Under the pieces are notes generated by a model. That model was not told the DNA's origin. It ran no database searches and was given only the letters and a program-made list of their open reading frames with translations. A DNA stretch of 64,000 nucleotides, taken from positions 8,116 through 72,115 of the IMG/VR virus record IMGVR_UViG_3300032295_003128; one strand, given 5' to 3'. Source of the DNA: a virus. Its lineage: Duplodnaviria > Caudoviricetes. The position numbers and the translations under genes are program-made. Positions 57,270 to 64,000 of the stretch are shown piece after piece. Position 1 is the first letter of the stretch. Every line of letters starts with the position of its first letter.

Positions 57270-59052
57270 GTCTTACTACGACTCCGAGGTCAGTGTAACG
57301 ACCCTCGGCGCGTACAACTACGCCCGGAATACGGACATTTACATGGTCGCCATGTACTCCGATTCCGGATGGGCGTACGTCGGTCTGCCGAAAGACGCGC
57401 CTTGGCACGCAGTCACCGGCCAAGAGTGGGTCATGCACAACGCGGCCTTCGACCTGACCCTACTTGGTGCGCTGATCGAGCAAGGCGTGGTCATCGACAC
57501 GCAACCTTCAAACGTCTACGACACCGCCGACATGGCCGCGTACCTCGGCTACCCGAGATCCCTGAAAGAAGCGGCGAAGCATCTCCTCGGACTGGAATTG
57601 AGCAAAGGCACCCGGGACAACATGAAGGGCCGCCACTACCATCTGCCGCCAGGAGTCATCGTCCCAAAGCGGAAGCGCATGGACAACGATTTCAAAAAGG
57701 AGATCGCCCGATACGCCCTGAAAGACGCCAAGGCCACTCTCCTGCTCTGGAGATGCCACGGACACAAATGGCCGGCGCACGAACGCGAGATCTCCAAGAT
57801 GACCCGCGAGATGACCACGAAGGGCGTTCCGCTGAGTCTGCCTCGGCTGGAAGCCGCCCGCGTTACCCTCGAAGAGGAAGCCGCCAGAGCCGCTGCGCTG
57901 ATCCCGTGGGCAGGCAAGAGCGACGTCGCGCTCCTATCACTCCAAGCGATCCGCGATCAATGCGACCTCGAAGGCATCCGCAAACCGACCACGTTCGCCG
58001 AAAAGACTACCGAAGGGGCGGAGTGGGAAGCCGAGTTCGCCGACCAATTCCCTTGGGTACGCGCCGTCAGAGATTACCGCAAAGCCAATAAACACATGAA
58101 AACTGTGGAGGCGATGCGGAAACGCCTTAAACCAGACTCGGTCTGGATGCCATACGACATGCGATACTTCGGCGCCCTCACCGGCCGCGACAGCGGCTCC
58201 GGAGGATGGAACGCCCAGAACCTACCCAAAGGTCACGTCGCCGGAGTCGATATCCGCAATCTCATCGAGGCGCCCTCTGGGCATACCTTAATCATCGCCG
58301 ACTTGGCCCAAATCGAAGCGCGGTGCATCTGCTACCTCGCCGGGGACAAGAAGAGTTTGGAACTCATGGCCGGTGGCGCCGACGTTTACGAAGCACACGC
58401 CCGAGCCACGATGGGCTACACCGACCCTCGCTCGCTCAAAGAAGTGGATAACAAGATGAGGCAGCTCGCCAAAGCGCGTGTCCTCGGCCTCGGCTACGGA
58501 TGCGGCGCGGAAAAGTTCCGCTACGTCGCCAAGATCATGGCAGGACTCGACATATCTTTAGACGAAGCGCAAGAAATTGTGCAGTCCTACCGCAGCACCA
58601 ACCCGCTCATCATCGGACTGTGGAGGAAGCTGGACCGCGCAATGCGGGCAGCCGTCAACGAGAAGAACCAAACTTTCGAGCTGACGCTGCCTTCGGGCAG
58701 GACGCTCAGCTACCGCGAAGTCACGTCTTCGGGCGAAGGGCGCGGCGACTACCGCTGCAAGATACCCCGGGGCGGAACGATGGCGCCGACCAAACTGTAT
58801 GGTGGGCTCCTCGCAGAAAACGCAACCCAGGCGTTTGCGCGGGACGTTTTCATGGATCGCTGCGCTGCCCTACGCGACGCGGGAGCCGACATCATCATGC
58901 GGGTTCACGACGAAGTTGTCATAATGTGCGAAGAAAGATTGAGCGAATCCTTCAAAGCCGATGTCGAAGCAATACTCTCCACCCCGCCGGATTGGTGTTC
59001 GACCCTTCCGCTTGGAGCCGAAGCCACAATCTCAAAGTTCTACATGAAATGA
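57250..59052 (+). CDS. polA: family A DNA polymerase with 3'-5' exonuclease
   Basis: AIDFESY (ExoI), HNAAFD (ExoII), YALKD (ExoIII), DLAQIEAR (A), RQLAKARVLGLGYG (B), VHDE (C). Confidence 0.95.
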   Translation: MVAIDFESYYDSEVSVTTLGAYNYARNTDIYMVAMYSDSGWAYVGLPKDAPWHAVTGQEWVMHNAAFDLTLLGALIEQGVVIDTQPSNVYDTADMAAYLGYPRSLKEAAKHLLGLELSKGTRDNMKGRHYHLPPGVIVPKRKRMDNDFKKEIARYALKDAKATLLLWRCHGHKWPAHEREISKMTREMTTKGVPLSLPRLEAARVTLEEEAARAAALIPWAGKSDVALLSLQAIRDQCDLEGIRKPTTFAEKTTEGAEWEAEFADQFPWVRAVRDYRKANKHMKTVEAMRKRLKPDSVWMPYDMRYFGALTGRDSGSGGWNAQNLPKGHVAGVDIRNLIEAPSGHTLIIADLAQIEARCICYLAGDKKSLELMAGGADVYEAHARATMGYTDPRSLKEVDNKMRQLAKARVLGLGYGCGAEKFRYVAKIMAGLDISLDEAQEIVQSYRSTNPLIIGLWRKLDRAMRAAVNEKNQTFELTLPSGRTLSYREVTSSGEGRGDYRCKIPRGGTMAPTKLYGGLLAENATQAFARDVFMDRCAALRDAGADIIMRVHDEVVIMCEERLSESFKADVEAILSTPPDWCSTLPLGAEATISKFYMK

Positions 59053-59264
59053 CCAATAAGTTCCTAGAAACCTTTCAACAAGTCGGCGGATGGAAAACTC
59101 CGGAGCGGTTCGGCCGCGAACACGATGGCTTCGTCACCATCGAGGAAAACGCCCGCTCTCACAACCATGACGCGTTCTTTTGGGACGCCGACATGGGCCA
59201 TGAGCGTTTGCAAACAATGTGGATGGACGGCCATTACTTTGTGCGTAGGTTGTTAACCAGATAA
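59049..59264 (+). CDS. hypothetical protein
   Basis: ATGA overlap with polA; start MTNKFL. Confidence 0.6.
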   Translation: MTNKFLETFQQVGGWKTPERFGREHDGFVTIEENARSHNHDAFFWDADMGHERLQTMWMDGHYFVRRLLTR

Positions 59265-59268
59265 CCTT

Positions 59269-60783
59269 ATGCGATACCTCTCGGTTTGCAGCGGCATCGA
59301 AGCCGCAAGCGTGGCGTGGGAACCCCTTGGCTGGTCCCCCGCAGCGTTCTCTGAAATTGAGCCATTTCCGGCCGCTGTCCTCGCCCACCATTGGCCGGAA
59401 GTCCCTAACTTGGGCGACATGAACAACTATGAAGACTGGAACAACTTGGACGCAATCGACCTTTTGGCCGGAGGAACGCCATGCCAGTCCTTTAGTGTCG
59501 CCGGGCTGCGAAAAGGACTCAAAGACCCCCGTGGAGGACTCATGCTTACCTACCTTGAAATCGCTCGGCGTTTCCGGCCTCGATGGGTTGTGTGGGAAAA
59601 TGTCCCCGGCGTCCTGTCTAGCGACGGAGGACGGGATTTTGGTTCCTTCCTCGGGGCGTTGGGGGAGCTGGGGTATGGCTGGGCCTACCGCGTCTTGGAC
59701 GCTCAATGGGTCCGAACACAACGACACCCCCGCGCCGTCCCGCAGCGCAGGAGACGTGTCTTCGTTGTCGGATGTATTGGAGACCGGACCCGTGCCGCCA
59801 AGGTTCTTTTTGAGTCCCAAAGCGTGTGCAGGGATTCTGCGGAGAGCCGAAAAAAGAAAGAAGACGTTGCCGGAACATTTAAGGCTCGCGCTCGAAGCGG
59901 GGGCTGGTGCCAAGACGTCGATCTCGCCAGCTCTGGATACATGCAAGTCGCCGGAGCCCTCGATACCGAGTGCGGCGGGAACAAACTGACCCACCAGACC
60001 TTGCTCAACGGCCATGCGCTGGCCGTGGGCGCTCTCTCCGCAGACGATGGAGAACAAGGACTGACGACGATCCAAGCCGCTGCCTCGGGGATGCTGATCG
60101 CCTTCCAACAAAATACCCGCGACGAAGTCCGCCTCATAGGCGGCGACGGCAAGATCGCGGGGGCTTTGGCTGCCGAGGCAGGGATGAAGCAACAGAACTA
60201 TCTGGCTCCGGCCCGAATGGTCGCCTTTGGCGAATACGTCGAAGACGGCACCGCGTCAGCCATGAAAGCGCGGGATTACAAGGACGCCACGGATCTGGTT
60301 GCCGTGGATGCCTACAACCAGACCGTGAGCGATACCTCGCAAGCCCTCTCGTCTTCCGCGAGCGACATCCACCACACCGGAGGAGCTATTGTTCCGGCGG
60401 TCTCCAAATCAATCCGAACGCCTAGCGGCGGGATTGACCGCGAAGACATGCACACCATTGTTCCGGCGGTCGCGGTACAGGACGTGAGCGACCGCGACAA
60501 GAAACAGAACGGACGTGGATGGAGCGAGGACGGAACTAGCTACACGCTCGACGCGGCGGCGACGCAAGGTGTCGCTCGGGGCCTAGCAGTCAGACGGCTT
60601 ACTCCGACTGAATGTGAAAGGCTCCAAGGATTTCCCGATAACCACACCTTGATCCCGTGGAAGAAGAAACCGGCGGATCAATGCCCCGACGGCCCACGCT
60701 ACAAAGCCTTGGGCAACTCGATGGCCGTGAACTGCATGGAATGGATCGGCCAACGCATCGACTTCTACGACAAGCAATCATAA
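59269..60783 (+). CDS. dcm: C5 cytosine DNA methyltransferase with long variable region
   Basis: SVCSGIEA, GGTPCQSFS, WENVPG, QRRRRVF, RRLTPTECERLQGFP, YKALGNS. Confidence 0.95.
   Translation: MRYLSVCSGIEAASVAWEPLGWSPAAFSEIEPFPAAVLAHHWPEVPNLGDMNNYEDWNNLDAIDLLAGGTPCQSFSVAGLRKGLKDPRGGLMLTYLEIARRFRPRWVVWENVPGVLSSDGGRDFGSFLGALGELGYGWAYRVLDAQWVRTQRHPRAVPQRRRRVFVVGCIGDRTRAAKVLFESQSVCRDSAESRKKKEDVAGTFKARARSGGWCQDVDLASSGYMQVAGALDTECGGNKLTHQTLLNGHALAVGALSADDGEQGLTTIQAAASGMLIAFQQNTRDEVRLIGGDGKIAGALAAEAGMKQQNYLAPARMVAFGEYVEDGTASAMKARDYKDATDLVAVDAYNQTVSDTSQALSSSASDIHHTGGAIVPAVSKSIRTPSGGIDREDMHTIVPAVAVQDVSDRDKKQNGRGWSEDGTSYTLDAAATQGVARGLAVRRLTPTECERLQGFPDNHTLIPWKKKPADQCPDGPRYKALGNSMAVNCMEWIGQRIDFYDKQS
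59429..59989 (+). CDS. nested +1-frame ORF resembling the beta polypeptide of split C5 MTases (M.EcoHK31I-type)
   Basis: GLCGKMSP...SSGRWGSWGM...SLSDVLE..VPPRFFLSPKACAGILRRAEKRKKTLPEHL; true start uncertain. Confidence 0.6.
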   Translation: MKTGTTWTQSTFWPEERHASPLVSPGCEKDSKTPVEDSCLPTLKSLGVSGLDGLCGKMSPASCLATEDGILVPSSGRWGSWGMAGPTASWTLNGSEHNDTPAPSRSAGDVSSLSDVLETGPVPPRFFLSPKACAGILRRAEKRKKTLPEHLRLALEAGAGAKTSISPALDTCKSPEPSIPSAAGTN

Positions 60784-60808
60784 CCCAACAACCCACAAGG
60801 AGAATGAA

Positions 60809-60997
60809 ATGTACAACAGCGAGAAACGAGTCCGTGAAAAAGACGGCTACGACAGCCTCGGGGAAGCCCTCGCGGCCCGCTCTTCACTAGCCAGAAAACG
60901 AGGCAAGCGGTTCAAGACCCTGCGCCCCTACCAAGTCAACGGCCGATGGTTCCTGACCAAAATGGGCAAGGGCCAAGCAAAGAAATACTACGAATGA
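60809..60997 (+). CDS. small basic hypothetical protein
   Basis: AAGGAG SD; ATGA overlap with primase. Confidence 0.6.
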   Translation: MYNSEKRVREKDGYDSLGEALAARSSLARKRGKRFKTLRPYQVNGRWFLTKMGKGQAKKYYE

Positions 60998-63309
60998 ACC
61001 TCGACATCACCCCTGAAGAATTCGGCATCAACCCCTGCCCCGAGTCCGGAGAAGGATGCCACGGCTGGATCTACGGCGCAGCCCACCGGCTCGTTGCCGC
61101 TGGGTTTGAAGACGATGAGATCGAGGCGTGGATCGAGGCTTACCTCAAGCGTACGTCCCAGCCCCGCGAAATTGCCAACACCCTGTCCAAGGTTCGGGCC
61201 GAAGCCGACGGCAAGATCCCGCCGCGCAAGAGCGTCGGAGCCAAACGCCCCAAGGACGAGGCGGCCATCGCCAAGCTCTTGGAGGGCGGCCCGATCTCGG
61301 TCGAGGACTTCATCGCGTCGAGTCCTAGTCCGGTATCAATTGATACCTCCGCCGTCCTCAAGGCGTTATTCCCGGGAGAGAAGACCATTCTCTTCACCGA
61401 TCAGATGTCCCAGGGCCAGCGAGTCTGGGACGAAGTCGTCCTTCCAGAGGACGTAGATCGTCTGGGACGGACTAATACGCAAGGCGCCTGGTTCCTTCTT
61501 AACCCAGTCAGCGGAGACTACGCCGAACGCGAGGGGGCCAAACCCTCCCGCCGGTCCGAAGCGACCATTTCCGCTTACAAGCACGTCCTCGTAGAGTCCG
61601 ACAACGTCAACCTCGGAGATTGGCTCGCCATCCTGCGCCAGCTCGACCTCCCCATCGTCTGCGTAACTCTCTCCGGCAATGCCTCGGCCCACGCTATCGT
61701 CCGGGTCTCAGCAGATAACCGAGATGAGTGGGTCGCCGCTGCCAAGAAGATTGCTGATCTCGTCGTCCCCCTCGGAGCCGACCCCAACGCCATCACCGCA
61801 GTCCGGCTCACGCGCCTTCCGGGCGTTGTACGGAAGGACAACGGCAACGAACAACGGCTTATTTGGTTCAACCCAGAGGCCGTGCCGACTGAAAAATGCA
61901 CAGTTAACAAGCCCGAAGGGGACGAAACTGGCCCGAAAGAGGACACCGAGGCCCCAAAAGAGGACAAAACGTCCGAAACTCCGGCCAAAGTAGTCGAAAA
62001 AGACGACTTCTCGGACATCTACTACGACGGCAAAGCCTACTTCATGCGCTCCGCCGATGGGATCTGGCGGTATGAGCTGGCAGGAATGCTTCACTCTGCA
62101 CTCAAGGTGCGCGGCTACGCCGACAGCGCACCCAAGGGGCGAGCGACCCCGATGGATCAAGCCAAAGGCATCATCCGCGAACAGCGCCGAGTCGATGGCG
62201 CAGGCCCTCGCCTTTACAGCCCCCACGAAACATGGGCAGAAGGCGGCAAAAGATTCCTCAACACCGCCTGCACCAAGATCATGCCGGCCGCGCCGACAGC
62301 CGGAGCATGGGGTGAGTTCTTCCCGCGCTACGCCGGAGTCCTCGACAACACCTTCACCTGCCCCTCGTACAAGGACACCTTCTTGGCTTGGTTCAAACGC
62401 TTCTACGAGTCCGCCGAGGCGGGCGAATTGCAGCTAGGGCAGGCCCTCGCCCTGGTAGGCCCCGTCCAGTGCTTCAAATCCTTCATCATCGAGCAGATCC
62501 TCCGCCCCGCCATGGGCGGCTACGCCGACCTATCCTCGATCGTCAGCGGCGAAAGCAACGGCTTTAATAGCGAACTCTACCACTCCCCCTTGGCCGTCAT
62601 CGACGACTCCAAGGCGGCCGAGTCCGAGGCCCAGCTCAACCGGTATGCCAGCGCCATTAAGAAGTTGGCGGCCCATGGTCGTCACAAATACCACGAAAAG
62701 TTTGTGACACCGATCCTCGTCGAATGGAAAGGCCGCGTGATCATCGCGGCCAACGACGACGCAGTGTCGATCAAGTCGGTTCCGGCCCTCGACATTAGTA
62801 ACGAGGACAAGCTCATCGTCCTAGCCATGCAGACATGGGAAGAAAACCCCGGCCCCGACGCCTTGCGCGACGTTGTCGAGGAACTCCCCCACCTCCTCGC
62901 ATGGCTCAAGGAGTGGGACTATCCCAGGGGCCTCGTGGACCCCGGCTCGCGGTACGGGATCCGGAGCGTCGTGGCGCCCGAGATCCGAGACAAGATGGAG
63001 GCATCCGCGAGGACAGCAGAGCTGACCGACACCCTGCGCTTGTGGCGGAAACGAATGCCAGTCGAAGAGCGTGACATTGTTTGGCTCGGGACCTCCGTGG
63101 AGCTTCACCAGTCCTTCAATGTGGTCTTCGACAACTCGTCCCTGACTAACCAGTGGCCGGTTCGGGTGCTGGGGGCTCGGATGCAACAGCTTTCCAACAA
63201 GCCCGACTCCGGCGTCAGCATCGCGCAGCGGCGGTACGGCAAGGAGAAGGTGACCCTGTGGAGGATCGAGCCACCAGGGCCGGAGACGCCGGACGAGAAT
63301 CCGTTCTAA
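60994..63309 (+). CDS. primase (AEP/RepB-primase-like) fused to P-loop helicase (DUF5906/NrS-1-like)
   Basis: VLVESD, SGNASAH, DP...RLTRLPG; C-terminal GPVQCFKS, FNSEL, AVIDD, IIAAN; start MNLDIT. Confidence 0.8.
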   Translation: MNLDITPEEFGINPCPESGEGCHGWIYGAAHRLVAAGFEDDEIEAWIEAYLKRTSQPREIANTLSKVRAEADGKIPPRKSVGAKRPKDEAAIAKLLEGGPISVEDFIASSPSPVSIDTSAVLKALFPGEKTILFTDQMSQGQRVWDEVVLPEDVDRLGRTNTQGAWFLLNPVSGDYAEREGAKPSRRSEATISAYKHVLVESDNVNLGDWLAILRQLDLPIVCVTLSGNASAHAIVRVSADNRDEWVAAAKKIADLVVPLGADPNAITAVRLTRLPGVVRKDNGNEQRLIWFNPEAVPTEKCTVNKPEGDETGPKEDTEAPKEDKTSETPAKVVEKDDFSDIYYDGKAYFMRSADGIWRYELAGMLHSALKVRGYADSAPKGRATPMDQAKGIIREQRRVDGAGPRLYSPHETWAEGGKRFLNTACTKIMPAAPTAGAWGEFFPRYAGVLDNTFTCPSYKDTFLAWFKRFYESAEAGELQLGQALALVGPVQCFKSFIIEQILRPAMGGYADLSSIVSGESNGFNSELYHSPLAVIDDSKAAESEAQLNRYASAIKKLAAHGRHKYHEKFVTPILVEWKGRVIIAANDDAVSIKSVPALDISNEDKLIVLAMQTWEENPGPDALRDVVEELPHLLAWLKEWDYPRGLVDPGSRYGIRSVVAPEIRDKMEASARTAELTDTLRLWRKRMPVEERDIVWLGTSVELHQSFNVVFDNSSLTNQWPVRVLGARMQQLSNKPDSGVSIAQRRYGKEKVTLWRIEPPGPETPDENPF

Positions 63310-63326
63310 ATCTGGGAGACCATCAA

Positions 63327-63635
63327 ATGAAGATGTTCGAAGTCACAAGAACTTGCCCCTGTACGCAAATCAACGCGCCGAGCCTCTTAGCACACAATGA
63401 ATTTGTCGCATGGATTAACGACGAGGAAAACCCTGTCGCTACTTGGCACCACAAAGGACAGAAACTCGGCGAATATTCAGACGTGTTTATCTACAAAGGC
63501 AAAGGGAGAGCCGGGTCCGACGGCGGAAATAATCATCCTGACGACATGCCGAGAGATGTCTGGGATTCCATCATTCAAGTCGTGGGCAAGCGTTACACGG
63601 GGATGATCTGGATCACTTTCTTGAGAGGCGACTGA
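63327..63635 (+). CDS. hypothetical protein
   Basis: GGAG SD then ATG 63327. Confidence 0.55.
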   Translation: MKMFEVTRTCPCTQINAPSLLAHNEFVAWINDEENPVATWHHKGQKLGEYSDVFIYKGKGRAGSDGGNNHPDDMPRDVWDSIIQVVGKRYTGMIWITFLRGD

Positions 63636-64000
63636 GGCGCGTAGCCTGAAGCATGAGGCATGAAGCCTCCTTCACGGCCGGATGACTGCGACTGAGCAAT
63701 CATTACTGGGGGATTCCTATGCGTTCCCCCAGCGAAAAAAGACTCCATCCCCCACGTTAAGTGGCTTCGCGCCAGCGATTTAGGTCGATCTGGGGGACGA
63801 GGGGGAGGGATTCGGGGAATGCGGGTGGCGGAACGACGGAGGGGGGGGCTACAGCCGTATATATAATATTTTTTGTTATAGAAAAACACTGTAGGAATCC
63901 CCCTTTCCCCCAGATTTGTCGTATGTCTCTGTCGGACAGCGATTTAAGCCCTGTTTTCGACTGGGGGAAAGCCTGGGGGAAAGGGGGAAAGCCCCCCTAA

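Larger units (their letters stand above)
1282..60793. promoter_or_regulatory. dispersed gene-oriented motif TAACC-N5-ACC (13 intergenic copies)
   Basis: + strand: 1282, 4965, 50745, 51110, 55168, 59254, 60781. - strand: 19272-19284, 23227-23239, 33228-33240, 39732-39744, 46013-46025, 47064-47076. Confidence 0.85.
1..64000. mobile_element. Temperate tailed dsDNA bacteriophage (podovirus-like), near-complete, non-integrated configuration
   Basis: TerL, portal, capsid, nozzle, ejection proteins, lysis genes, PolA, primase-helicase and integrase all present. No tape-measure or sheath gene recognised. The att-like site is internal, with phage genes on both sides. Confidence 0.95.

Noticed and set aside
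59134-60192. 352-aa minus-strand ORF over dcm
   Set aside because: Antisense to a region already constrained in two frames; no motifs or expression signals

Overview
The window is almost entirely one temperate tailed dsDNA phage genome (podovirus-like Caudoviricetes) in its non-integrated form. No host genes are visible and the first gene is cut by the left edge. Layout: (i) 1-7.3 kb, + strand: small early/accessory genes (MoxR/CbbQ-type AAA+ ATPase, DUF6878/DUF6915-like pair, EndoV-like glycosylase, possible histone-fold protein, zincin, putative TerS). (ii) 7.3-48.9 kb, - strand: virion and lysis genes (TerL, metallophosphoesterase, portal, HNH, LRR fibre, lysis cassette, scaffold, collagen fibre, major capsid, nozzle, tail fibres, a tandem-repeat adaptor-like protein, ejection proteins and a 3767-aa giant protein). 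(iii) 48.9-64 kb, + strand: attP-like site with a tRNA 3'-end core, tyrosine integrase, RHH/HTH regulators, resolvase, SAM methyltransferase, helicase-nuclease fusion, SSB, Leu762 PolA, C5 DNA methyltransferase with a nested alternative-frame ORF, and primase-helicase. The strongest unexplained signal is a 13-bp motif, TAACC-N5-ACC, found in 13 intergenic gaps. It always points in the direction of the downstream gene and often overlaps a GGTT-N3-AACC palindrome. It is a candidate genome-wide operator ('stoperator'-like) network in a phage with no visible CI/Cro switch. All family names come from motif recognition by eye; no database searches were run.
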